From a virus (Duplodnaviria; Caudoviricetes): a stretch of 25,025 nt of DNA. Of the stretch, positions 1 through 8,725 are shown in pieces. A model generated the notes under the pieces. That model did not search any database and was not told the origin of the DNA. It saw only the letters and a list, made by a program, of their open reading frames with translations. Positions within the stretch are counted from its first letter, which is position 1. Each line of letters starts with the position of its first letter. The DNA lies in the IMG/VR virus record IMGVR_UViG_3300012942_000127, positions 1-25,025 of that record, one strand, 5' to 3'. A program made the translations under genes and the position numbers.

Positions 1-105
1 GGACACCCGAAGGGCACCATATCGACCTGGGCCAACCGCCTTGGCCTCGCCGATCGCGACCGCATGATCGCCTCGCTGAAGCAGAACGCGGTAGAGGCAG
101 AATGA
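1..105 (+). CDS. 3' end of upstream phage gene (possible HTH-containing protein), partial
   Basis: Frame 1 is open from base 1 (GHPKGTISTWANRLGLADRDRMIASLKQNAVEAE*). Its TGA at 103-105 overlaps the ATG at 102 (ATGA coupling). 'KGTISTWANRLGL' resembles an HTH recognition helix. Confidence 0.55.
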   Translation, partial: GHPKGTISTWANRLGLADRDRMIASLKQNAVEAE

Positions 106-2804
106 ACCTCGCCCCCAGCTATCGCGATTTCCTCGCCGCCAAGATGGTGTTCGCCCCGGCAGGCGGCTTCACCATCGACCTGGCCGAGATCAATCCGCTG
201 CTCAAGCCGCACCAGAAGGCGATCGTCAAATGGGCGATCGAGGGCGGACGGCGGGCGATTTTCGCCGCCTTCGGCCTCGGCAAGAGCTTCATCCAACTGG
301 AGATTGTCCGCCTGGTCCTCGCCCGGCAGGGCGGCATGGGGCTGATCTGCGCCCCGCTCGGGGTGCGGCGCGAGTTTTTCCATGACGTTCAGGTGCTGGC
401 GACCGGCGGCGATCCGAGCATCAGCGATGCGCAGCGTGCCGAGCTGCGCGCCTGGCAGGAGGGTCATCCCGAGCGCGTGCCGGCACTGAAATTCATCCGG
501 TCGCTGGCCGAGGCTGTCGACGGCGGCATGCACATCACCAATTACGAGACGGTCCGCGATGGCCGGCTCGATCCGCGCGCCTTTGCCGTGGCTAGCCTTG
601 ACGAGGCCTCGTGTCTGCGCGGCTTCGGCGGCACCAAGACCTTTCGCGAGTTCATGCGGCTGTTCGACGGGGTGCGGTTCAAGTTCGTCGCCACCGCAAC
701 GCCCTCGCCCAACCAGTTCATCGAACTGCTCGCCTATTCGGCCTTCCTCGAGGTGATGGATGTCGGCCAGGCCAAGACGCGCTTCTTCAAGCGCAACAGC
801 GAGAAGGCCGACACCCTCACCATCCACCCGCACAAGGAGCGCGAATTTTGGCTATGGGTCGCGAGCTGGGGACTGTTCGTGCAGAAGCCATCCGATCTCG
901 GCTTCTCGGACGAGGGCTACGAGCTGCCGGGGCTCGACGTGTTCTGGCACGAAATCCCCGCCGATCATTCGCGGGCCGGCGAAGAGAAATCCGGACAAGG
1001 CCGGTTGCTGCGCAACGCCGCGGCTTCGCTGGCCGACGCCGCGCGCGAGAAGCGCGACAGCCTCTCCGGACGGGTCGCCAAGCTGATGGAGCTGCGGGCG
1101 ATCGACCCGGGCGCGCACCGTGTAATCTGGCATGACCTCGAGGCCGAGCGCGAGGCTGTCGAGCGGGCCATCCCGGGCGTCAAATCAGTCTATGGCAACC
1201 AGGACCTTGACGAGCGCGAGCGTCGCCTCGCCGACTTCTCCGAAGGCCGATCGGCCGAGCTGTCGACCAAGCCGGTGATCGCCGGGCAGGGCAGCAATTT
1301 CCAGCGCCATTGCCATTGGGAAATCTTCCTCGGCATCGGCTTCAAGTTCAACGATTTCATCCAGGCCGTGCATCGCTGCTACCGCTTCCTGCAGCGCGAT
1401 CGGGTGCGCATCGACCTGATCTACACCGAGGCCGAGCGGCCGGTGCGTGACGTGCTGGAGGCGAAGTGGCGCCGGCATGACGAGCAGATGGCGATCATGA
1501 CCGATATCATTCGGGAGTTCGGCCTCAGTTCTGCCGCCATGGCGTCGAGCCTTGAACGCGGGATGGGCATCGAGCGGCGCGAAATCGCGGGCGACGGCTA
1601 CACCCTGGTCAACGAGGACTGCGTCGAGGAAACGCGGCGCATGCGGGATGGATCGGTCGACCTGATCGTCACTTCGATCCCGTTCTCGACCCAGTACGAA
1701 TATTCGCCGAACTACGCCGATTTCGGCCATACCGACGATGACGCGCACTTTTGGGCGCAGATGGATTTTCTCATTCCCGAGCTGCTGCGGGTGCTGGCGC
1801 CGGGGCGGATTGCCGCCATCCATGTGAAGGACCGGATCGTGCCGGGCGGTATGACCGGTCTGGGCTTCCAGACCGTATCGCCCTTCTCCGATGATTGCAT
1901 CGCCCGCTTCCGCCGGCACGGCTTCGCCTTCCTCGCCCGCAAAACCATCACCACGGACGTGGTGCGCGAAAACAACCAGACCTATCGGCTGGGCTGGACC
2001 GAGCAGTGCAAGGATGGCTCGCGCATGGGCAATGGCCTGCCGGAATATCTGCTGGTGTTCCGGAAGCCGCCGACCGACCGATCCGACGGCTACGCCGACA
2101 GGCGGGTGGTCAAACCGAAAAAGATCTGGGGCGATATCTCGGAGGACCATGCTGCAGAGGGTGAGGAAGACGAGAACGGCGTGCCGCGCAAGCCGCGCGC
2201 CGCCGGCTCCGGCGGCTGGAGCAATCCGGACGGCTATAGCCGGGCTCGCTGGCAGCTCGACGCGCATGGCTTTCAGAGATCGAGCGGCGACCGGCTGCTG
2301 ATGCCGGAGGAGCTTCGGCACCTGCCGGCCGGGGTGATCTATCGGCTATGGAAAAAGTTCAACCTGGCGCTCCCCTACGACTATGAGCATCACGTCGCCG
2401 TCGCCGAGGGGCTGGAAGAGTTCGGCGCGCTGCCGAAAACCTTCATGCTGATCCCGCCGCACTCCGAGCACCCGGACGTGTGGAGCGATATCACCCGCAT
2501 GCTGTCGATGAACACGCTGCAGGCCGGTGCTGGCCGCGAGCTGCATCTGTGTCCGTTGCAGTTCGACATCGTCGATCGCGCGATCACCCAATATTCCGAG
2601 CCCGGCGAGACGGTGTTCGACCCTTTCGGCGGGCTGATGACCGTCCCCTATCGCGCCCTGAAGCTTCGGCGCAAGGGCATCGGCATCGAGCTGAGCCCAA
2701 CTTATTTCGCCGACGGTGCGGCCTATGTGGAGGCCGCTGCGCGCGACCTCGCCATGCCGTCGCTTTTCGACCTCATGGGCATTGAGCAGGGAGAAGAGGC
2801 ATGA
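102..2804 (+). CDS. SF2/SNF2-like helicase fused to N4/N6 amino-DNA methyltransferase (beta class)
   Basis: 900 aa. N-terminal LKPHQ Q-motif, Walker A AFGLGKS, Walker B SLDEAS, motif III TATPSPN and motif VI-like QAVHRCYRF. C-terminal EDCVE...VDLIVTSIPF (motif IV-like) precedes VFDPFGG (SAM-binding motif I) and GIGIEL. RBS AGAGG upstream. Confidence 0.85.
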   Translation: MNLAPSYRDFLAAKMVFAPAGGFTIDLAEINPLLKPHQKAIVKWAIEGGRRAIFAAFGLGKSFIQLEIVRLVLARQGGMGLICAPLGVRREFFHDVQVLATGGDPSISDAQRAELRAWQEGHPERVPALKFIRSLAEAVDGGMHITNYETVRDGRLDPRAFAVASLDEASCLRGFGGTKTFREFMRLFDGVRFKFVATATPSPNQFIELLAYSAFLEVMDVGQAKTRFFKRNSEKADTLTIHPHKEREFWLWVASWGLFVQKPSDLGFSDEGYELPGLDVFWHEIPADHSRAGEEKSGQGRLLRNAAASLADAAREKRDSLSGRVAKLMELRAIDPGAHRVIWHDLEAEREAVERAIPGVKSVYGNQDLDERERRLADFSEGRSAELSTKPVIAGQGSNFQRHCHWEIFLGIGFKFNDFIQAVHRCYRFLQRDRVRIDLIYTEAERPVRDVLEAKWRRHDEQMAIMTDIIREFGLSSAAMASSLERGMGIERREIAGDGYTLVNEDCVEETRRMRDGSVDLIVTSIPFSTQYEYSPNYADFGHTDDDAHFWAQMDFLIPELLRVLAPGRIAAIHVKDRIVPGGMTGLGFQTVSPFSDDCIARFRRHGFAFLARKTITTDVVRENNQTYRLGWTEQCKDGSRMGNGLPEYLLVFRKPPTDRSDGYADRRVVKPKKIWGDISEDHAAEGEEDENGVPRKPRAAGSGGWSNPDGYSRARWQLDAHGFQRSSGDRLLMPEELRHLPAGVIYRLWKKFNLALPYDYEHHVAVAEGLEEFGALPKTFMLIPPHSEHPDVWSDITRMLSMNTLQAGAGRELHLCPLQFDIVDRAITQYSEPGETVFDPFGGLMTVPYRALKLRRKGIGIELSPTYFADGAAYVEAAARDLAMPSLFDLMGIEQGEEA

Positions 2805-3178
2805 CCCGCGAGCGCTTGCCCGATCGACGGGAAATGGAAGCCCTCGAGGCGGAGCATATCTGGCGCGGGCCGCATGGCGAGGTGGGCGAGACGATGCTCG
2901 TCTCGATCGGCCGCTATGCGGATGGCCGGATCGGCGAGGTGTTCATCGACTATCCGACGCATGAGGGCGAGCGGAAGAAGAGCGAGCGCACCATGGCGCT
3001 CGGGCACGATATCGCCATCCTGATCTCGCTTGCCCTGCAGCACGGCGCCTCGATCGATACGCTGCGCCACGCCGTCAGCCGGGAAGATGCAAATGTGCTC
3101 GGCAGAATCGTGCCGGTGCCGTCAACGGTGGTTGGTACCGTGCTCGATGCGCTCGCGGCGGAGGCCGGCAATGGCTGA
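2801..3178 (+). CDS. small protein resembling the C-terminal (TSCPD-like) domain of class II ribonucleotide reductase
   Basis: 125 aa. RERLPDRR, GRYADGRIGEVFID and AILISLALQHGA resemble the NrdJ C-terminal domain. ATGA overlap with the upstream gene. Confidence 0.65.
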   Translation: MTRERLPDRREMEALEAEHIWRGPHGEVGETMLVSIGRYADGRIGEVFIDYPTHEGERKKSERTMALGHDIAILISLALQHGASIDTLRHAVSREDANVLGRIVPVPSTVVGTVLDALAAEAGNG

Positions 3179-4181
3179 TGGCTCCCCGATCGAATGGACG
3201 AACGCGACCTGGAACCCGGTGACGGGCTGCTCGATCGTCTCAAAGGGCTGCACCAATTGCTATGCCATGCAGGTCGCCGGACGCATGGAGGCAATCAGCA
3301 TCGCCCATGAGGCGCGCCATGGCGGCGATCCGGGACCGATGCTGCGCTATGGCGGCACCACCGAGCAGACGCGGCGCGGCAAATCCGTATGGACCGGCAA
3401 GATCAACCTCGTTCCGGAGGTGCTGACCGCGCCGCTGCGCTGGAAGAAGCCGCGGCGGATCTTCGTCAATTCGATGTCGGACCTCTTCCACGAGGGGGTC
3501 CCTGACGAGTGGATCGACAAGGTGTTCGCCGTCATGGCGCTCTGCCCGCAGCATAGCTTTCAAGTGCTGACGAAGCGGCCGGCGCGGATGCGGGCATATT
3601 TGTCCAATCAGCCGCAGGCCAGGCGCCGTTGGGAGGACGTGCTGAGGACGATGGGCATCATGCATCGCTCGCCAGCAGTTGTGCTGCGGAATGTCTGGCT
3701 CGGCACCAGCGTCGAGGATCAGGGTTCCGCCAACGAGCGCATTCCGGAGCTGCTGGCGACGCCGGCGGCCGTGCGCTTCATCAGCGCGGAACCTCTGCTC
3801 GGGCCGGTGGACATGATCTGGGCTCTATGCGGTCTCGATTGGGTGATCGTCGGCGGCGAAAGCGGCCCCGGCGCCCGTCCGATGCATCCGGATTGGGCCC
3901 GATCGCTGCGCGACCAGTGCGCGGACGCCGGTACGCCATTTTTCTTCAAGCAATGGGGCGAGTGGCTCGGCGGGCGTTGGGAGGACGATGGCGATTCCGG
4001 CTGGTTTGTCCCGGCTGATGGCGGCGGTCGGCGGCCCTATCGCGATGCCGGCATAGAGCACTGGTTCGACCGAGAGAGCTGGCCCATCGGACCCGGCTCA
4101 ATGCGCCTTGGCCGGAAGAGCACCGGTCGGCTGCTCGATCGCATCGAACATAATGCGATGCCGGAGGCGAAAAGTGGCTGA
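3171..4181 (+). CDS. phage Gp37/Gp68 family (DUF5131) protein, CX6CX2C
   Basis: The likely start is ATG 3171 after GGAGG (336 aa). Family-typical segments: IEWTNATWNPVTGCSIVSKGCTNCYA, IFVNSMSDLFHE, FQVLTKRP, NVWLGTSVE, RFISAEPLLGP, WVIVGGESG, FFFKQWG. Confidence 0.92.
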   Translation: MADGSPIEWTNATWNPVTGCSIVSKGCTNCYAMQVAGRMEAISIAHEARHGGDPGPMLRYGGTTEQTRRGKSVWTGKINLVPEVLTAPLRWKKPRRIFVNSMSDLFHEGVPDEWIDKVFAVMALCPQHSFQVLTKRPARMRAYLSNQPQARRRWEDVLRTMGIMHRSPAVVLRNVWLGTSVEDQGSANERIPELLATPAAVRFISAEPLLGPVDMIWALCGLDWVIVGGESGPGARPMHPDWARSLRDQCADAGTPFFFKQWGEWLGGRWEDDGDSGWFVPADGGGRRPYRDAGIEHWFDRESWPIGPGSMRLGRKSTGRLLDRIEHNAMPEAKSG

Positions 4182-4563
4182 TATCAGGTCGACGCTCCGG
4201 CAGGCTTTGGGCGATGGTACCCGCGCTGTCGATTTCGAAGAGTTCGTTACATTTGCGGCCAATACACAGGCCGCTTATCGCGACGTTGCCGACCCTCGAG
4301 CTGCAGTTCTTCTCCGGTTCATCGAGCTTTTCTCCATTGCCGCCGTCGAAGGTGGCCGAGAGGGGGCCGGTAAGCTCGGTGAGCGGCCAGACGATACAGC
4401 CGACGTGATGCACTTCATGTGCACCGGTGCAGCCGTAGCGGTGTGCTCAGCCGTTCTCAGTGTCCTCGAAGACGACATCCCAGCGTCCGCTTTGCGCAAA
4501 ATTGTCCTCGGCTCGTTTCGCGACGGACTGGAGGAAGTCATCAGGGTGAACGGGCTGAAATGA
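4174..4563 (+). CDS. hypothetical protein
   Basis: GTG at 4174 follows GGAGG (4163-4167). 129 aa. Overlaps the stop of the upstream gene and the start of the downstream gene, filling the gap exactly. Confidence 0.7.
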   Translation: MADIRSTLRQALGDGTRAVDFEEFVTFAANTQAAYRDVADPRAAVLLRFIELFSIAAVEGGREGAGKLGERPDDTADVMHFMCTGAAVAVCSAVLSVLEDDIPASALRKIVLGSFRDGLEEVIRVNGLK

Positions 4564-5636
4564 GCCTGTCGCCCGAGCTTGCCGCCCTCCGTGACGAGGC
4601 TTTGCGGGTCACCTGCCAGTCCTGGGCTATCCAGAAGCGGTGGAAGCTGGCCAAGGATGGCGCCTGGCTCGTCGGTCCCTGTCCAGAGTGCGGCGGCACC
4701 GATCGATTCTCGATCAGCATCCAGCGGGACTTCTTCAAATGTCGAAAGTGCGACGTCCAGGGTTCGGGCGTCATCGATCTCGTCATGAAGACGGAAAAGC
4801 TGGAGTTCGTGCCGGCCTGCGAGCTGATCACCGGACGCAAGGCCGCCGATCCGGTCGACGAGAAGCGAATGGCCGAGCTTAGGGCAAAGGCGGAAGCCGA
4901 TGCTCGCAAGCGCGAGCAGGATGCCGCTATTTTCCGCGAGCGGGCGCGCGAGGCCGGCTATCGAATCTGGCATAGCGCCAAGGCCGTGCCGATCGGTGGC
5001 ATCGTTTCCGCCTATCTCGCCGAGGCGCGGGGCCTGCGTGGCGGCCGCATCGATTTCAGCGCGCCCGGTTGGGCCGCCGGCATGCACATCCGCTACATCG
5101 CCGCGCATCCGTATTGGGATGAGAAGGGCAAGCACCGGCTGCATGTCGGGCCGGCGATGATTGCCGGCATCCAGTACCCGGACGACAGTTTCGCCGGCGC
5201 GCATCAGACCTGGATCGATCTCGACCGCCCGAAGGCTAAACTGGTGTTGCCGCCCGACGAGAAAGGGCGGCAGCGTTCGGCCAAGAAGGTGCGCGGCAGC
5301 TGGAAGGGCGGCGCGATCCGTCTCGTGACGCCACCCAATGTACGCCGAATCGTGATGGGCGAGGGCATCGAAACGACGCTGACCGCCTATGCCCACGCCT
5401 GGGAGCCCGACACGGCCTATTGGGCTGGCGTCGTCAAAGGCAACATGGCCGATTTCTTCGTGCCGCCCGATTGGTGCCGGGAACTGATCTATCTCACCGA
5501 CGAGGCCGAGGCGATCGGCGACATGGAAAAGGGCCTGCGGCGCGCTGAGGCTGCGCGGCCCGGCCTCGTCGGCATGCTGGTCGAGCCGGTCGGGGACGGC
5601 CGGGACTTGAACGAGCTGGTGATGCACCGTGGCTGA
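4560..5636 (+). CDS. P4-alpha-type zinc-ribbon plus Toprim-like primase
   Basis: ATG 4560 (ATGA overlap), 358 aa. Zn ribbon GPCPECGGTDRF...CRKC, then GAHQTWID, GGAIRL, Toprim VMGEGIET and C-terminal DLNE. Confidence 0.85.
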   Translation: MSLSPELAALRDEALRVTCQSWAIQKRWKLAKDGAWLVGPCPECGGTDRFSISIQRDFFKCRKCDVQGSGVIDLVMKTEKLEFVPACELITGRKAADPVDEKRMAELRAKAEADARKREQDAAIFRERAREAGYRIWHSAKAVPIGGIVSAYLAEARGLRGGRIDFSAPGWAAGMHIRYIAAHPYWDEKGKHRLHVGPAMIAGIQYPDDSFAGAHQTWIDLDRPKAKLVLPPDEKGRQRSAKKVRGSWKGGAIRLVTPPNVRRIVMGEGIETTLTAYAHAWEPDTAYWAGVVKGNMADFFVPPDWCRELIYLTDEAEAIGDMEKGLRRAEAARPGLVGMLVEPVGDGRDLNELVMHRG

Positions 5637-7527
5637 CGACGAGGATCCGAACGGTCCCGACGCGGTCAAGAAGGCGATCGGCCGTAAACGCAAGGTCGGG
5701 CCGCTGACCGTCATCGAGGGCGGTAAGGGCGAAAAGCCGAAACGCGCGCGCAAACCGAAGGCCAAGGTCTCGGCCGAGAGCGATGGCGGTTTCGATCCCT
5801 CGGCCGTACCGGGAGCTGTCGGACAGGAATTCGATGACGTCGAACCGGAAGATGAGGATGGCGACGATTTCGATGGCGCCAACTTCAATGGTGATTTCAG
5901 CGGCGATGATTATGACCGCCGGCCGGATGGCTATGACGATGCGATCTGGGAGATGGCCAAGCATTGTGCGGCCTATGATCAGAACGATCGCGACAATGCG
6001 CGGCGGCTCGACATATGGTCAGGCGGAAACATCCGCTATGTGCCTGGCCTCGGCTGGCTGACCTGGCGCGGTACGCATTGGGAACGCGATGAGGGCGAGT
6101 TGCATGTGCGCCTGATGGCGCAGGACCTGGTCGACCGCATCAAGCTCGAGCCCTTCTTCATATTGGCGACGCCGGCACAGCAGAAGCTGCTCGATATCGC
6201 CGCCAAATATGCCAAAATCGCCGAAGAGGATCGTTCGCCGGGGCAAGTGGCGACGATTGCTCGCGCCGACAAGGTGCGCTCCGCGCTGTCGAACAAGCGC
6301 AGCAAACGCAAGAATTTCGCGGTCACTTCAGGCAATGCCGGCCGCACGACGGCGATGCTGGTGCAGGCCACTAGCCTGAAGAAAATCGACCCGAAGACGC
6401 TCGATGCCGATCTCTATCAGTTCAATGTGCGCAATGGCACGCTGCATTTTTCCCGCACCCCGGACCTCGAGCAGGATATCGATGGGCCGGACGTGAAAAT
6501 CCGCTATATCGGCAATATCGAGTTTCGGCCGCATAGTCGCGACGACTTCGTGACCAAGATGGCCGATGTCGATTACGATCCCGAGGCCAAATGCCCGCGG
6601 TTCCAGGCATTCCTCGACCGGATGATGCCCGGCGACCAGATGCAGCGCTTTCTGATGGTCTTTCATGCTTATGCCATGCTGATCGGCGGTAATGGCGCCC
6701 AGAAGGTCGCTTATCATTTCGGCCTTGGCGGCAATGGCAAGACGGCCTTCCTGGAGACGCTCGGGCGCCTCGCCGGCAACTATCGCACTACGGTTTCACC
6801 AGACACGATTACCGGCGATAGCCAGCGGCAGGGGCAGCAAGCCTCACCTGACATCGCCCGGCTGTTCAACACCCGCTTCGTCGTGGTGGAGGAGCTGCCG
6901 AAGGGCGCGTCGCTGCGCGAGGACCTGATCAAGGCGTTTTCCGGCGGCACCAGGTTGACGGCGAGATTCCTGCAGAAGGACATTTTCGAGTTCCTGCCGA
7001 TTTTCGTGGCCATTCTCTCCGGCAACACCAAGCCGACCATTCAGGGCTCGGACCAAGGTATTTGGCGGCGCGTGCTGATCGTGCACTGGAAGCAGACGAT
7101 CGCTGAAGATGATCCGTCGCGCATGGAGCTGCCGGACCTATTAGCCATGTTCGACGAGGAACGATCCGGTATCCTCAACTGGCTGATCGAAGGTGCGTTA
7201 CTCTATCTCAAGAGCGGGCTGATGACCTACGTCCCGGCCGAGGTGACCGCCTTCACCAATGCATATCGTCGCGACCGCGACAATATCCAGGTGTTCTGCG
7301 AGGCGATGATCCGGCCGGCGAAGGGTAAGAAGGTGCAGGCCGGACCACTCTACCGAAGCTATACCGATTGGTGCGAGGCCAACGGGCTGCGATCGGCATC
7401 GCAGCGTAGCTTCGGCGATCGCCTGACCGAGTTGGGCTACGAGAAATATTCCGGCCGCGTCTACGAGTATCTCGATATCGAGCTCGAGGCGAACCCCAAA
7501 TACGATCCGCCCGGCTCGAACGATTAG
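5629..7527 (+). CDS. D5/P4-family primase-associated SF3 helicase
   Basis: 632 aa, GTG start. D5_N-like WLTWRGTHW and FNVRNGTL, Walker A GLGGNGKT, Walker B VVVEE, motif C GNTKP, GIWRR, ILNWLIEGA, and winged-helix-like LYRSYTDWC. Confidence 0.9.
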   Translation: MADDEDPNGPDAVKKAIGRKRKVGPLTVIEGGKGEKPKRARKPKAKVSAESDGGFDPSAVPGAVGQEFDDVEPEDEDGDDFDGANFNGDFSGDDYDRRPDGYDDAIWEMAKHCAAYDQNDRDNARRLDIWSGGNIRYVPGLGWLTWRGTHWERDEGELHVRLMAQDLVDRIKLEPFFILATPAQQKLLDIAAKYAKIAEEDRSPGQVATIARADKVRSALSNKRSKRKNFAVTSGNAGRTTAMLVQATSLKKIDPKTLDADLYQFNVRNGTLHFSRTPDLEQDIDGPDVKIRYIGNIEFRPHSRDDFVTKMADVDYDPEAKCPRFQAFLDRMMPGDQMQRFLMVFHAYAMLIGGNGAQKVAYHFGLGGNGKTAFLETLGRLAGNYRTTVSPDTITGDSQRQGQQASPDIARLFNTRFVVVEELPKGASLREDLIKAFSGGTRLTARFLQKDIFEFLPIFVAILSGNTKPTIQGSDQGIWRRVLIVHWKQTIAEDDPSRMELPDLLAMFDEERSGILNWLIEGALLYLKSGLMTYVPAEVTAFTNAYRRDRDNIQVFCEAMIRPAKGKKVQAGPLYRSYTDWCEANGLRSASQRSFGDRLTELGYEKYSGRVYEYLDIELEANPKYDPPGSND

Positions 7528-7606
7528 TTTCGGGCCGACCCTTTGCGCGCTCGCGGCTTTGCCGTCGGCGCCCCGCACCCCCTCCCCCAAGATAGAAAAA
7601 CGGAAG

Positions 7607-7920
7607 TCGCAACCCTCGTCGCGCTGACGCGCGCGACACGAGGGTTGCGAGAGTTTTTCGAGGTTTAAATGCGACACTCTCGCGGGCGTTTCAATAGTAA
7701 AATCAACATGTTGACCGGTGATTGCGAGGGTCGCGAGGGTCGCGCTCGGGTATATATGGGTTTCGGGGGAAAAGGGGTTGGCCTCACCCTTCCCGTTGGT
7801 GGCGAAAGCTCACATCATGTGAAGCAACCCTCGCCACCCTCGCAAACCCCCGCCATGTCGTTGGTCCTGCGTCGCTTTTTAGCTAGCGAGGGTCTTCTCT
7901 CGACCCTCGCTAAACCTCGC
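7607..7920. repeat. ACCCTCG iteron cluster, putative replication origin
   Basis: Eight exact ACCCTCG/CGAGGGT copies (+ at 7612, 7827, 7836, 7903; - at 7639, 7725, 7734, 7887) plus degenerate copies. Inverted repeats at 7607-7619/7638-7650 and 7884-7894/7902-7912. AT-rich patch at about 7689-7713. Lies directly downstream of the helicase. Confidence 0.75.
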
Positions 7921-7941
7921 AGAGAAATAGAGGCGAAGCCG

Positions 7942-8598
7942 ATGGTTGAAGAAGAGGTGAAGCCGGCCAACGTGCCGGTCGTGAAGGTGCCGATGGGGCG
8001 TGGCAGCGCCGCACAACGGCGGCAGTTCGAGCAGCCGGAGCTGCCGACGCCTCGCGAGATTGAGGCGCATAGCTGGTACATCGTTCAAGTGGCGTCGAAC
8101 CGCGAGCAATTGACGGCCGACTTGCTGCGCCACCGCGCCCATCTGGCAGTCGTGCCGGTGGTCGAGCGATACCGGCGCGCCAATCGCTATGCCAGGAGCA
8201 AGCGCAAGGTGACGTTTCCCATCATGCCGCGCTATGTGATCGTGGGGTTTGGCCGTGACGCCATGCAGCCCTGGCGCGACCTGTTCGGTATCGGATTTGT
8301 GCAGGGCGTAGTCAGCGACGCTCGCGGGCCGATGCAGGTGCGCGACAAGAAGTTGGCCAAGTTTTTCGAGGAGCTTGGCGGCTCGAAGTGGAACGCGCCG
8401 GATTGGGAGCGCCATATGCGGTCAGGGCACGAGTTCAAGCCCGGCGACTATGTCGACCTAGCTGAGGGATCGCTGGCGGGCTGGCGCGTACAGGTTCACG
8501 ACATCGTCGGCGATGTGGCGAAGATCATTATCAACAACCTGCTCGGACGCGACGTAGAGATGTCGGTGCCGCTTGCGCAACTCATCAAAGCAGAGTAG
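7942..8598 (+). CDS. NusG-family transcription antitermination protein (NGN + KOW), probable late-gene activator
   Basis: ATG 7942 after AGAGG, 218 aa. NGN features WYIVQVASNREQ, PIMPRYVIV and VQGVV. KOW-like FKPGDYVDLAEGSLAG and NLLGRDVEMSVP. Occupies the lambda Q position. Confidence 0.88.
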   Translation: MVEEEVKPANVPVVKVPMGRGSAAQRRQFEQPELPTPREIEAHSWYIVQVASNREQLTADLLRHRAHLAVVPVVERYRRANRYARSKRKVTFPIMPRYVIVGFGRDAMQPWRDLFGIGFVQGVVSDARGPMQVRDKKLAKFFEELGGSKWNAPDWERHMRSGHEFKPGDYVDLAEGSLAGWRVQVHDIVGDVAKIIINNLLGRDVEMSVPLAQLIKAE

Positions 8599-8601
8599 TT
8601 G
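8573..8601 (+). promoter_or_regulatory. putative sigma70-type late promoter (pR'-like)
   Basis: TTGCGC (8573-8578), 17-bp spacer, TAGTTG (8596-8601), overlapping the antiterminator stop codon. The match is imperfect and supported mainly by position. Confidence 0.4.
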
Positions 8602-8691
8602 TTCGATTTAGGACGATTGCTCGATCCGACCGCAGGCATTTGAGCCCGAGCGGCGGAGTGACCCAGGCGCCGACGATACGAGCGCCGCCAA

Positions 8692-8703
8692 GGGCGAAGC
8701 TTG
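8692..8703 (+). promoter_or_regulatory. ops-like pause / factor-loading element
   Basis: GGGCGAAGCTTG is a 12-mer fitting the G-11 G-10...Y-1 G+1 elemental pause consensus, like ops (GGCGGTAGCGTG). It contains the GCGAAGC DNA mini-hairpin and lies just upstream of a terminator. Confidence 0.5.
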
Positions 8704-8725
8704 CGACATCGATAGCCGAACCACG

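Noticed and set aside
102-2804. Type III/ISP restriction-modification or DISARM-type defence system
   Set aside because: No nuclease or partner genes are recognisable, and the gene sits in the phage early operon.
4275-5888. Long minus-strand ORFs (for example 4275-5888, 1185-2321, 10074-11258, 14104-15249, 22644-24092)
   Set aside because: They are antisense shadows of well-supported + strand genes in GC-rich DNA and show no recognisable motifs.
7607-7920. Repeat cluster as a CRISPR array or MITE
   Set aside because: The repeats are only 7-13 bp, in mixed orientation and irregularly spaced. There are no cas or transposase genes and no evident target-site duplication.
7669-7941. N-terminal extension of the NusG-like ORF in the ORF track
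   Set aside because: It runs through the iteron array. ATG 7942 has an RBS and gives a normal-sized protein.
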